A stretch of 58,004 nucleotides of DNA, counting the filler, from Bipalium vagum (Eukaryota): NCBI GenBank assembly GCA_037834085.1. It is 3 parts of 3 records of this genome, joined end to end, with 100 filler letters (N's around TTAATTAATTAA, not from the genome) between each part and the next. Parts side by side here need not be neighbours in the genome. Positions count along the whole stretch, not along the records: positions 17,956 to 42,335 come from JBBMKC010201494.1; positions 42,436 to 58,004 come from JBBMKC010159316.1; 1 more part is not named here. One strand, written 5' to 3'. The notes beneath the pieces were generated by a model. The model saw nothing but the letters and a program-made list of their open reading frames with translations, was not told the DNA's origin and did not search any database. A program made the position numbers and the translations under genes. Position 1 is the first letter of the stretch. Each line of letters starts with the position of its first letter. Positions 39,522 to 53,133 of this stretch are shown here, one piece after another.

Positions 39522-42335
39522 GCAATAAATTAATTACATAAATTAAATAATCAATTTCTCTTAGGTATCAATTTTCCAAATATTCATTTAGATATAGGTG
39601 ATATTCGACCCCACGTTCTTCTGTTTAATTTGAAGATTTATAGTTTTAACTTGCCAATTACATTTTTGAAATTATTTTTAAAAAAGAATAAAGTCTTAAA
39701 TAAATCAATATTATTATTAGTTCATTTTTAACACTTATTAATTTTAATTAAAGTGAGCTGTAATGTTAAATGAGTATACTCAAAAATGGTCAACTGTCAA
39801 ATGGACAGTGAACACTGAAAACTACAAAGAAAATTAAAAACAAAAACAATTATCTTTAGAACTTTGCCCAAGATCTTCAATTCACAGACAATAAAAAATC
39901 ATTATATCAATAAAAAGATTAAGAAAATAAGATTTGTTTGAATTAATTGGAAAACTGGTCTAACATCTGGTCTTGGCGGATGGAACATTTCCGTAAATAA
40001 ACCTTGAATGTGGACATAATTTGAGTATTGGTTACACGAGTAGGTCCTGGTTATTGGTTACCACTGGTCGTAGTAATTGAAAAATGATAACAGATGATTG
40101 TAAGGAAGTAATAATTAATGATTGTATAAGTCAAAGATTGCGCTCTACCAACTAAACGTAGTAAGGCATCTAACGACCGACCGAAAGGTCTTGATAGCTT
40201 ACCCAGATCGATCAAATTAATTGTAAATTCTTTTACAGTAGTAAAAAAGAAATCGATTTTCATTAATATTTTTGTAACATTTATTTAATTCTTTTTATTC
40301 ATCGTGGTAGTCGAAAGATGGCCAATTTGTGATATCGACGAGGTATTCTGATATTTCTTGGTCTAATAATGACATTAATGGAGAAATTATGATTCTTGAG
40401 GTACTGTAGTATAATTTAATGAATTTTTTGTTGTACCGATGAATAAGATAAAAGGAAAAAATTAAATGAGAAATAAAATAGACAAAAATATCAAATAACA
40501 TATACTACAATAGCTTTCCCCTTATTGTGTTCTCAAAATGATTACCTTTAAAAGATAACATTAACTCCATTCTTCATTTTTAGTTTATTGATTTCATGAA
40601 GCAGCTGCATTTTAAAAGGGTTTAGCTTATCTTCTTTTAAATTTTTTTTATTGAGTTTTTGAAATTTCTTATTACAGGCTTAGGAGAATTCTCGTTGCAA
40701 TAATAACAGAATTAAATCCATTTTCAAATATACGATCGTAGATTCATATTTCAATTTTAAATATTTTTCATCATTGATTCATTTAAACAAAACCCACATT
40801 TATAATTGATTATTAATTAATTGTTAAAATTTACAAAAATTTAAATAAAATATATTTTCATACAAAATTGACAGACAAAAATTCAACGTTTTCATTAAAT
40901 TACAATTACAATGTGCCTCCTTCACTTACTTAGTCGTGTACCCTGCTTGCTTACTTACAAAAAACACCCAATAAAAATTACGGATTCCAAAATCTATTTT
41001 TAAATATTTTTTTGAAGTTCGAAAAGGTTCCCAACCAGCTGTATAGATGAAGGGAAACGAGATCATATTATTATCATCAGAATAACAAGGTCACTGTACT
41101 AAATGCCGCATATGGAGTAACATTTTCGTTTGATATCAGTAATATAACATATGTTAATATAAAAAACTATTTCTTTTTAAAAATTAAATCTTTTGCTGAC
41201 ATTCCATTGGTAATCAGTAATAAGTTAGGCCTCACAATTTATTCGAAAATTTTCATATAATCATATTTTGCCACCCAACACAAACGGAACAAGTTGTAGA
41301 CCTGTCCTGCCCCACTCTTATTATACTATTTTTCTTTTGGCCCTTAAATGATACTTAAATTGAGTCATGAAAATTATCTTCAGGTAACTCTTGAGACCTT
41401 TTCCGAGGCTTCGTCTGCCATCTATGATCGATGGACTAAATAAAATTTGAACAATGATTTGGTTTTTCATTAATAAAAAATCAAATAAAATTTCCTTTTT
41501 TAATATTGCAAATCTTTGTTTTTTTTAATATAAATAAATTTAACAGTGCAATTTAATGATTTATTTTATTTATAAATATAATTTCCAATATTTTTATTGA
41601 AAATAAAAAAATCAATATTTTCGTACATCATTGGAAATTAATAAAGATTACAAATAATTAAAAAAAAATTTAAGTAGAAATAAGAATAAATGTTTTTTGT
41701 AGAAAATTATTGTCATATTTTTCTTTTACTGAATATTTGTTAACTTTCAAAATGTTATTTCTATTTAAAATAATAATAATAATAAAGATAATTATTATCT
41801 CCTGCGTTAAAAAAAAGGAAAACCTCATTTCAATTTCACAGTGCGGTCTTATTAAAGAATTTACGAAATCATCTGAAGAAAATAGAGGCAATCATTTTCA
41901 TTTTGTTACTTGGACAATTATTCTGTGAAATAAAATTTTATTTTCTGCATCACTGGATCAAGTGGCAGTGATAAGTGATTGTTAAAGATTTATATTATAA
42001 AAGATAAATTGTGAATACAATTTGACATTTGTCAATGCTTTTGCCAAGTCATTATTATTATTAAAGTGGAACCTCACATTTATTTAAATGTGATATCAAC
42101 GGTATAATTACAATGTTTTTAATTTGATAATCTCCTATTTTTGAAATATTAAAGTCAATCTAATTCATACTTTTAATATTGCCCACAATTGTTCCTTTTA
42201 CATAAATCTAATTATCTTTTAAATATGAACAATGTTCAGCCAATGAAAATTGAGATAAAATAATCTAAATATAGAAACCTTTCCAATCAGTAATAACTTT
42301 ACATATTGATCCAACTTTCATTAAATAATCATTAT

Positions 42336-42435
42336 NNNNNNNNNNNNNNNNNNNNNNNNNNNNNNNNNNNNNNNNNNNNTTAATTAATTAANNNNNNNNN
42401 NNNNNNNNNNNNNNNNNNNNNNNNNNNNNNNNNNN
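42336..42435. other. Artificial contig linker (44 N + TTAATTAATTAA + 44 N)
   Basis: Identical to 17856-17955. Confidence 0.97.
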
Positions 42436-42904
42436 AACTATTATTATTAGTTTTTTTAAAAAATAGTGACTAGAAAAACTTTAGCTGATGATAATTTTGT
42501 TTATATCCATTATCACTTAAAACGAATAGACCATGTTATACTGCGAAGAATAGGGTTAAATATATTCTTATTTCATTGGATTTTCAAAATAATTTAACGG
42601 AAAATAGTGTTTATGTTCTCCTTTTATTGATTTCCTAAGTAGATGCTTTTATTCACCAGAATAAAAAATAAATAAAATATTTTGTATATATTGTTATCCT
42701 AATAATTATCGATCTTTATTTTTCATACTTTTTAATTATTGGAGGAGTATTAAACCAGAATTATCAATATAAAATTAAAACAGTAAAAAAGGAAATAAAC
42801 AAAATTATGAAATATTATCAAAATAATTATGAGTGTTATTTAATTTTATCATGTTTTTATTAAGATTATTTTTTTTTAATTTCAGATTTTGATTTATGAA
42901 ATGA

Positions 42905-42906
<2 letters not shown>

Positions 42907-42959
<53 letters not shown>
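42907..42959 (+). repeat. (ATT)n microsatellite
   Basis: Read directly. Confidence 0.98.
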
Positions 42960-44179
42960 TAATTTTTACTATTCATATTATTGAAGCATAAATTAGAATA
43001 TTTTAAAATAATCATTATTTTCAAGAAAATGATAATTAAATTTTTAATACAATTAAAACAAAGTTATACAATAAATAAAAAATATATATATAATAAAATT
43101 AAAATACGTATACCATTAATAAATTGCTGTATTAAAACTTTAAATGTTTGTTTGTCTCAGCTAAATAATAAAATGATGGAAACCAGGCCAGTCACAACAC
43201 GGCTGAGATTCAGGGAGTGTCATTGCAAATCGTTGGTCGAACAAGGAATATCAAAATAGATTAAAATTTTGCCGAATTCTGAATATATCCTAAATGTCAC
43301 TGAAGCAAAATATACGATTGACATGGAGAAATAATTTTTATTTCCTTCGAGAAAAGGAACAAGAAAAAGTTAAGCGTTTCGACAAGAAAGAGACTGGGAC
43401 CGGTGATTAAGACTGGGTTTGTTTGTTTTAATGTGGATTACCTTTAAATCAACAAAAAATAATCCTGATCACTTTTAATATATTCAAACAACAAAGTTAT
43501 GGAAATTTTTATATTATTTTAAATAATTGTAATATTAATTAAATTAAGTTTTAAATAACAAAAATATGTGGTCATAATATGATTATGTTATTAAATTCAC
43601 TGAATTAAATATTATCAGAAAAAGTACGATTAAATTTGCCTTGAAAATAAATGTATCATGGGAAAAATTAAATTTTATAACACTCTTAATATTTATAATA
43701 ATAATAATATATATGTAAATAAGTTGTACATATAATAAATATAACGTGTGTATATATAAAAACATTGTCTGAGGTGTGAGGTAAAGCGAAAAATTATCGA
43801 TATAAACGTTAATTATTTAATTTACATAAAAGGAGGTTAATCTTGATTCAAACAAAAAATTTAATTCAATTAATTAAAATTACTTTAAAAGATTATTATT
43901 AATTAATTATTATGATTATTAACATCTTTCGGTTTGTAATCCAAAAGCCTAAGATTTTTTAATAAATTATTTTCAAACCTGAAAAATCTTAAAATTCAAA
44001 CAAATTTTTCAGAACATGGAAACTCAATTTATTATTTAAAATTTTTATAAATACATTCAAATTCAAATTATACTTTATTTATTTATTAATTATATTTAAA
44101 ATTAATAAATTATATTATTTAAATTACAGTTTGTAAAACAAATTAATCAAATCTTAAATTAATTGTGATATTCGTGGTC

Positions 44180-44800
44180 TGAATAAATTCTCAAAATGCC
44201 AACGAGGTCGTTAAAATTCTTTTCTGAGATCAGTTTCGCAGCATTGCTTAGTATCATTATTTTATGGATATTTGCCTTGCTTAATATATGAATTTTCTTT
44301 TTGGAACAATTGTCACGATATCTTTCGCGAGTGAAGGAATATAGCTGGAATCCTTTTTATCAATATCTACACGCGTGACACATGTGATAAATCAAAATTG
44401 TCGGCACCTTCTATCATTCTGATCTTTTCTTATAGACAATTCTGTATTTTTAAATCATGTTCAACAATTCTTTCCACGCTGTTCTCTGGAATTTCAGTAG
44501 CATTGGAAATGTCTGAGACACTACCAAAGCTGTTCTTACGAATGGCTTTTGACACTGCTATCAATCGATCTTCATTATTGTCAATATAAGGTCTTACAGA
44601 AAACATGTACCACGTCTCAAAAACGCACCCTGTAATTTTCTGGCACAGTTTTTATCTACATCGAAACCTGGATATAATTCTTCAACCTTACCATATCCGA
44701 ATTCCATCTTTCCCATTCTGATCATAACATTCCACAATTCAATTGGAGTAATAGTTTTTGGCCTTCTGCAAAAATCTCCATTTCAAAATTAAAAAGTTCT
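44180..44800 (-). mobile_element. Tc1/mariner-superfamily 5' remnant
   Basis: RPYIDNNEDRLIAVSKAIRKNSFGSVSDISNATEIPENSVERIVEHDL = second HTH after a GRP-like motif. Confidence 0.55.
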
Positions 44801-45318
44801 CTAAATTAAAACAAATGTCAATGAGAAATAAAACAATTTTTTCTAAATTAAAATTAAATTTATTAAATCCCCTATTTTATGGTTTGAAGTAAACATAATA
44901 TATAAATAAACTATTAATATCATTATATTAATAAACCATCACATTATAAAAATAAATGAGTGTTGTCTTAACGTGAAGAATGTTTACTGCTTGTATAATT
45001 TCAGTTTCATTTAAAATTCTTCAAATGTTAACTTAAAATGCATGGAATTTTAATTAAATTCTCTCGAGCTGCGTTCATTGTGTTGGGAAAATAAAAAATA
45101 TCTGAAATATAATAACAAATGAAATTCACAACAGACAGTTTCAAAAAACCAAATTTCCATAAATTATTATTTTATTGATAAAAAATATTATTGTTTAATA
45201 AGCTGTCATCTGATTGGTTGTTTTTTCATTATTGACCAATCAGATTTGGAGATTAAGTTTTACTTTATTAACTTTTCATATCAACATTTCTTTTAAAAAC
45301 ACTTTTAATGAGATTTTT

Positions 45319-47896
45319 ATGTATTTAATGGAAATTCTTTGTAACATTTTTCTATCGGTTTTGGTTTTATTTTCTAATTCTTTCTTGGTCATATCAAAGT
45401 CAATTTCTATTGAGTTTCAAGTGAAGGAGCATTCGGAAAAAGGTCTGATAATCGGCGACCTCTGGGACAGTTACAGATATCGAGATTCCGATTTTGCCAA
45501 ATCCGAAGGTCTTACTTTTCAACTTATGAAAGAAAACAAATTCATCTCTTTAATGTCGGGGAAATTGATTGTCAAAAACGATATTGATAGGGAAAAAATC
45601 TGTGGAAAAGTTAATCAATGCTGTTGTCTGAACCTGTTGGTTTTGGTCAGTCGTCTGAAGGTTCAGATCAATTATTTTGAGATCCGTATTGATATTGAAG
45701 ACATTAACGACAATCCTCCTTTATGGACAGAATCGAAGGTGTTTCTCAATATTCCCGAGCACACAAAAATTGGATCTAAATATCATTTGCCACTTGCCAA
45801 AGATTTAGATTTGTCGCCGAAAAATTCCATTTCTAAGTATACGTTAAAAAATATTAATAAATCCCAACTGAGAATGTTCAGTATTGATTATAACTCGAAC
45901 TCACAGAAAATACTTTGGAGTCAATTATTACTGAGAGTTGATTCTGATATTGATCGAGAAAATATCGATAAAATTGAACTGCTTCTGATTGCTGAAGATT
46001 CCGGATCGCCACCTTTAAGTGGATCGACAACTCTTATTATAACCATCATGGACATAAATGACAATACTCCCTATTTTGACAAGCCACCAACAGAGGTTGT
46101 TATTAAAGAAAATAATCAGATAGATCAGTTTTTGTGCCAGATCACTGCCAAGGATTCAGATGTTTCCGATAATGATAAATTGTCGTATTCCTTCGGTTAT
46201 TCTATGAGCCATGAGGAAAAGGCAAAGTTTTTTATTGATCCCAAAGACGGAAAGATTTTCGTCAAACAGGTTCTAGATTTTGATTTGGATCAAAATATAT
46301 TCAATTTGCCCATTCAAGTCACAGACGGATCAAATGAAGCCGAAATGACTCTTCTGGTGAAAGTTCAAAACGAAAATGACAATGCCCCAATCATTTCCAT
46401 GTTGCCACTGGTAAACAGTTCGAATAACGTTTTGTTTGTCGAAGAAAATATCATGGAGGAGAGAATAATTGCCACTTTACTAACTGAGGACATGGACAAT
46501 CGTTCTACGGTCATTTCATGCACATGTAATACGCTGGGGTTTAGACTAACCAAAATCCAGCCAGACTCGGTTTCAATTACAAAATATACCATTCTGTTGA
46601 TAAAATCCTTAGACCGGGAAACCAATGAGTTTTTACAAGCCATCATTACATGCCATGACGATGGCTATCCCCAGCAAACGTCTAGAAAACTATTAAACAT
46701 ACGAGTCATGGACAAAAACGATTGCACCCCTCGTTTCCCAAGCATGACTGCAACCGTCTTCATCGACGAAGGACTACCAATACAGACCTTCGTCACAAAG
46801 CTGAATGCCACTGACTGCGATGTGGGAATTAATGCTCAGTTGGTCTATAAAACGGATCATGTGAACTTTACCATTGATGAACATTCTGGAATACTTAAAA
46901 CAAACGCCGTTTTTGATAGGGAAAAGAAGAAAGAGCAAAGGGTTGAAGTGACTGTTTACGATAGAAAGAACTTGATTGATTTTGAGCCACCGGATAGAAT
47001 ACTTTCCGGTGTAATGACTGTTAAGATTCTCATTAAAGATGTCAATGATTGTGCCCCGGTTTTCAGGAAAGCATTTTATGAGTTCAGCATTCCCGAAGGT
47101 ACCTCCTCAAATACGTTTGTCGGGTCTGTGGTGGCCGACGATGCGGACGTTGAAAGCATAAATCGTCAAATTTCATACGCCATGGTCATCAAGTCGTATC
47201 AGAAGAAAAATCAAATAGCCAAAATTTATTTCACCGTATTACCAGACGGCAGAATCTTTACTACCAAAGAAACTTTAGACCGAGAACAATACGAGATGCA
47301 TTCATTTTCAATAGAAGCCTGGGATAGTGGACCAATATCACATAGGGTTTCTGTTGATGTCGTCATTAAGGTTGATGATATAAATGATAATTATCCTCAG
47401 TGGGTTCATTTCTCAGATCACGGAATAACGTTGAATGTTTCAAGAGATGAGACGGCCGGCAAAGTGATTACTGTACTCAGAGCCACAGATGCCGATTCGG
47501 GCTCGAACGCTACTCTCAACTATGACATTATTCAAGGAAATGAGCTGGAAATCTTCAAGCTTATTCAGAAAACCGGTTCACTTTATCTTGTCAAGCAACC
47601 GAGTAGTGTTTCGTCGGAAGTCATCAGACTTGTTGTTAAAGTTTCAGATAGCGGTAAAGCAGCATTGTTTAATACAACAATTGTTAGGGTCTATTTTCTG
47701 CCAGAATTCTCTAAATCTTTTTCAGAAAGTCGCTTGTTCGAAAGGGATCTTGTGGTAATGATTTGCATGATAACTGTTACATTAATTGTTTCTGGAATTC
47801 TCATTGTTGCTATTGTTCTTCTGAAATGTAAAAACTGTTACCGAACTTCAGAATCAAAGAACGAAGCCAAAGAATATAGACAAGGACATCCTGATG
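45319..47896 (+). CDS. PCDH: Protocadherin (7 EC repeats, delta-1/PCDH1-7-9-11-like architecture), large ectodomain+TM exon
   Basis: First ATGs at 45319/45328 precede a hydrophobic signal peptide; linkers DINDNPP, DINDNTP, NENDNAP, DKNDCTP, DVNDCAP, DINDNYP delimit 7 ECs; DRE and AxDxD motifs; EC1 DREKIC..C loop; TM LVVMICMITVTLIVSGILIVAIVLL; donor G|GTAATT at 47897 (unspliced frame stops at 47949). Confidence 0.95.
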
Positions 47897-49749
47897 GTAA
47901 TTGTCACTTGTTTCATAAAAAATCTCAAATATTTAAAAACACAAAATAATAAAATTATTATTATTATATTATTACATCACTATATTTTATTATTATAATA
48001 TTATATTATTACAATCATGTGCATATAGTGAAACCTCTCAAATTGGGGGCTCCATTAATTTAAGTATATTTTTAACCTGCCGGTTTTTTGTGAACGAAAT
48101 AAAATTCTAATTGGTCAATAATATAGAAAAGCTGTGTAAATTGTTTTCGTCGCATCTTTAGATGAGTTGTTCAAACCATCACGATCAAATTGAACAAATT
48201 TCACTTTACTTAACTTTAAATATCAATGGCATTTTTCTTAAATTTGTCCATTAAATATGTAACTATTAATATTAAAAACTTTCAACTAAGAATTTATTGA
48301 TTATAACTGAGAAAAACGTTTTGATTTTGTTGTAATACTTATTTTATTTTGACTTAAATGAGATCAGCTTAATTCAAGTATTCAAACAAAAATATTTAAA
48401 TAAGAATTATATTTAACAATACAAAATGTATGTTTATGGCGGTGCATTATTTCTGGTCTAAATTAAAAAAAACCAATATTTTTAGTTTCTCTTATTTTTT
48501 TGTGTAAAAAAGTCAAAATAACAATTTAATTTAAGTATCTGATGAATATATAATTTAATTTTATATAAGTTTAGAAATGCTATTTGTTTAAATAAATACT
48601 TAGAAGGCGCAATAAATGAATAGTTCAATATTACATTTACTCATTCCATATACCCATGTTTTCATCGAGGAATATATACTGATGAAGCTCCGTCGTTATC
48701 AAACTGCAAATTCTTGCTTACAAGATTTCGTAGTATTATTTTCCATAAAATGTTATGAGTACATTTTAGCATCGTTAATCGGGTGAAAATTTCCTCCTTT
48801 TTAAAAAACCATAAATTAACGTTACAACGGATTAAGTAACAAAAAAGATCCCAAATAATTATTCAAAATAATCTTTAGTGTTAATTAAAATTTAATTAAA
48901 ACCTTTTTACAAATAAAAATGAAAAATTATTAATAAATGAAAAGAAATAATGAAATTATAATCATCGTCGTTCAACAATTATTGATCATCTGCAAATAAT
49001 TTAAAATATTTGTTTTAATTAATGAAGTGTAAAAAAATCGAGTTTTCAAAATATTATTAAATCGCATTACTCAAAGAGTATTTCAGTTGGAGACAATTCA
49101 TCCGTCCAGTTTTATGTAAAGGTTTTCAAACAGTGTCTGCAAGAATTTTTTTTATTTTACATAATTTATAAAAAATAATAATAATATTCGAAGACTGCGC
49201 TCACTATTCTGGAACTTTTGCTCACATTCCTATTTTGTCGTCAGTAAATTCGTTTGCCTCGAAACCACTCAAATAAATCTAAATGGAAAATTAGCGAAAA
49301 CAAATTTAACAGAGATTTATATTGGAGTGCTCTTCAGACATATCTCAAATTCTGAAAATGACGTTTGCAAACTTTACATTTATTCTTTTCAACAGTATCA
49401 ATATTTGGGATGATCCTACATTTTTGATCTGAAGCAGATTTTTCTCAGTTTTTTCAGAGGAAAAATAATTGTCAGGTTTTTCTTTCCTTCATTGTTTCAT
49501 ACCTTGGACTTCCATAATCATTTGGGTTTGAGATCGATTTGGCCGGATGGAAAATGGTTTCAAACTATGTCAAATAAAAATTGATATTTTTTCTTTTGTA
49601 AACATTTACTTTAAAATATTTATTTTAATTAATTAATTTTAATAAAATACACTGTGATATTGTTAGATTTGAAGGGATTTATTATTTATAAAATATCATT
49701 GGTGTGCATACGTCTTAATTATTTTTAATAAAATTTAATGTTATTAGAA

Positions 49750-50100
49750 CGCCAATAATTGTTCATTACTCTCTGCCATCTTAAAGATACGTAATTTATG
49801 AATTCCAGAACCACAGAAAGTTATAGGTTTCGAAGCAAGGAAATTATAATATCCAAAAATAGTTGTATTTCGGAAACATTTTTGAAGTGATATCCGGCTA
49901 AAACCGATTGTATTGAACGAAACAGATGATAATCTGTAAAAAAACTGTATTCTCCCCACCAATAAAACATATCTATTTAAATGCTTCAGCAGCATTTTTG
50001 CCTTGCTGAAATTGATATCTGAGGTAGTGTCGAATGTATTATTTCGTCACTCCTTTTCAACGATATTTTTAATATTATTTATTAGGCGTAGCAGTTAATT
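49750..50100 (-). mobile_element. mariner 5' remnant
   Basis: IRHYLRYQFQQGKNAAEAFK*ICFIGGENTV. Confidence 0.7.
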
Positions 50101-50239
50101 CTGCAGATTTTATAAAATGTAAATATTTATTTCTTATATATCGATTTAATGGTTTTTTAATCACTTTATTAATTGTTTTTAATCAAGCTTTCTAAAGGTA
50201 AAATTTAAATTTTCAAATTTCCAAATATTGAATAATCTA

Positions 50240-50565
50240 GTTGTCAATATATCAGTCAAAGAAAGAACATTTTCTGCATTCTATGCTGTTATTTCAATTT
50301 AAAGAAATCCGCGGCAAAAATCTATATCATACTTCTAGAGTCGTATGATGAAAATTCCACATCGGCAGACACTTGCGAACGCTGATTTAAGCTATTCAGA
50401 ACATGCAATTATGATCTCAAAGTTGGGGATGACCCAATTCAACCAAAAAAATTTAAAGATGCATAATTAGAAGACCTATTAGCCTTGGATAATAACCAAA
50501 CCCCAAAACTTACTGCCAAACGTGATGTGTCTCAACATGCCATTTCAAATCGACTAAAATTTAAA
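50240..50565 (+). mobile_element. mariner 5' remnant (Mos1-like)
   Basis: YDENSTSADTCER*FKLFRTCNYDL...PKKFKDA*LEDLLALDNNQT...VSQHAISNRL. Confidence 0.8.
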
Positions 50566-50944
50566 TTATCATAATTATCATAAATTCCCATTTAATATTC
50601 AAACAAAAATTAAATATTTACTCTTTTTTTAAAATGGCCTTCAATAAATGATTGATTTAAAAGTCAAACCAAGGTTAACCCTGTATATAAGAGAGTAAAT
50701 TAAAATAATGAGCGTTTCACATTATTTAATATTTAAATAACCGAAATCCAATTTGGTGGTAGTTGTTGGAGTGATATTTGGATTATTTAAACAAACCCCA
50801 AAAATAAATTAATGAATTTATAATATTTTTAATTGAATGATAAGTAATTATTAAGAGAAATACTTTTTATAAAATTATTTCATAAATCAACAGAAAAATA
50901 ATTCAGATAATAATCGTTATCCCTTATTTTTTCTCATAATTTAG

Positions 50945-51063
50945 AGGCTAATAAAATACTTTCTAAAATAAATAATCGATTTCCAGTCTCCAACGAAACA
51001 ATATCTTTCAAAGGGAAACCATCTTCACAAAATTCATTTATAAAATTAATGGAGTATTACTGA
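50945..51063 (+). CDS. PCDH: Probable terminal exon of the protocadherin
   Basis: Pyrimidine tract and ttag acceptor; a phase-1 join to 47896 gives EANKILSKINNRFPVSNETISFKGKPSSQNSFIKLMEYY*; AATAAA about 40 nt downstream. Confidence 0.55.
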
Positions 51064-52336
51064 AACATGCTTCATTAAACATAATTGTTGCCCTTTGTAA
51101 AATAAATTAATTAAATTAATTATTTAATTAAAACATTAAGAAATCGGTAGATTAAAAAAAGAATTTATTTTTCATCGAAAAATATAAAGAATCATTTATA
51201 TTTTTTACATTTCATTAATAATATTATTTGCCTTATCCAGTGAAAAATAAACATAAAAATAATAGTTAATATTTAATATTTATAAATATAAAGTCTCACG
51301 ATTAAAGCTGAACATAAATCTAGTATTTACAATAATTGTTTTAATGGGTTGTTTGTGAAATATACAAATATAAAACAAAAATAAATGTTTGTCTTAAAAA
51401 AACTATGAAAAATAAACGCAATTAATCATAATGTTGACAACGACGATTTATTCAAATCAAAAATACGAAATAATAATTTTTAATTATTTTCTCAAAATAA
51501 AAAAGTTTTTTTCAAAAAATCATTTTGTTGGATAAGTATGAAAATATATACTTGAAAAATTGAGGGTTTTCCCAAAATTAAGTCACAATGATTTTATTTG
51601 GAATTTTGGAATTTTTTTAATCTCAATTTAAACAAAAAATCTAAATTAATAGCAACCAAGATTGTATCAAATTTAATTAATTATGGAAAGATTGTTAATG
51701 ATTATTTAGGGGTGAAGAATATCTTTCAATATATTACAATATATTTTATTAATAATAAATCTTAATGACTTTTTGGTTAAACATCTAATTTAAATACTAT
51801 TTAAATACTCATTAAAACACCATTGATTTTAGGAAAGAACTTTATTTAAGTTTATATATAATGTTCATAGGCCACATAATATTTTTTCCTATACTTATTA
51901 TGTAAGATAATTAAATAATTTTTCCAAAACTGTTTCCTAATGATTTTTAATAATTTATTAATAAACGGAAAAAATTTATTAAAAAAAAGAATTATTTAGA
52001 TAATTATTAAATATAAAATATTTATTATGAATTTATAAAAAATTCTCTTATCTGCAGGAAAACATATAAACACTGAACTATCATTAATTTTATTATTTTT
52101 CCCATAACTTTATCTTTTTATAATGTATTACATAATGATTATATTGATAATAATAATTTGATAATAATGATGTACGTATATATTGAATAATAATAATAAA
52201 ATTGATATCGTATTTTACGGACTCAGTCAAGATTAATACTTGATTGAATAGAATGATCAAAAATGATACTTGTTACATTGTTTTAATTTTTTAAAAATAA
52301 GGAATAATTTTTTGACAAATTTATTAAGTAAAAAAT

Positions 52337-52710
52337 TTATTGGCAATTCTTTGATTGAATACTTTGTCTCCACATCCATTCATATAGATATGAATCCAAG
52401 ACAGCACCTTCAATTCCCTTCATTGCTACGGTCTTAGTTTTCAGTTTCCCCCAAATCCACTCAGTTCTTTGGATGTGACCTCCAGTCTTCCTGTCAACAA
52501 AATTCATCTTGTGGTTGACAGTTTGATGAACATAATTTGAGGCATTAGACAATTTGGAATAGGACTTCTACTCCTCAATCATTATAACGAAGCTATGCTC
52601 AACAATGCTCCTTATAAGGGGTAATAAGGTGAAGAATTTCCCCTCTCCCATTAACTTCAAAAAACTTTTCCATTCTTGGAGTTGTCAACCATGCCAAAAC
52701 CTGTCAAATA
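52337..52710 (-). mobile_element. Merlin (IS1016/IS1595-like) transposase remnant
   Basis: FGMVD, LLPLIRSIVEHSFVIMIEE*KSYSKL, HQTVNHKMNFVDRKTGGHIQRTEWIWGKLK...LDSYLYEWMWR match the Merlin H.TVNH..FV...TG.HTQ.IE..W...YL.EF.WR signature. Confidence 0.85.
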
Positions 52711-53133
52711 AAAAATGAATAATATTGATAATATTTTATTTTTTATAATTTCGAATATTGGGACATTCACTTGAAAATTAATAAACAACACATTACATTT
52801 TTCAATATAATACAGAGGACGAAATGGAATTAGTTCCAACATGACTACCTTGAATAAAACGAAAACAAATGATACCGTTATCAAAAGTTGGATATCAATA
52901 TGTATAAGTAAAAGTCCTATATAGAATTAAATAATATAACAATTACAATTATTTATGTATCTTTGTTTAAAAATACGACTCACTCATTTGGTGCGAAATT
53001 AAGTCAAATCCAAATTATATATTGTCATATTTTAAAAAGAAAAACATTTATCGTAACAGCCTGAATTGAAATTGTTAAGATTTCTAGATCACCAAGCACA
53101 CTAATTTAAAACCATGATTTCATTATATAGAAT

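Noticed and set aside
40125-40205. Hammerhead ribozyme (CTAACGA...GACCGAAAGGTC...GATA)
   Set aside because: Both core boxes are mutated and stems I and III do not close properly. The CTGATGA hits elsewhere (6964, 48679) also lack stem II plus GAAA.
45214-45318. N-terminal extension of the 911-aa ORF
   Set aside because: It starts at TTG. The ATGs at 45319/45328 directly precede the signal peptide.
46365-47758. ORFs 46365-46646 (-) and 47489-47758 (+)
   Set aside because: Shadow frames of the protocadherin exon.
50995-51018. WIRS motif in the protocadherin tail (ETISFKGK)
   Set aside because: Lacks the bulky hydrophobic residue of the Phi-x-T/S-F consensus, and the exon itself is tentative.
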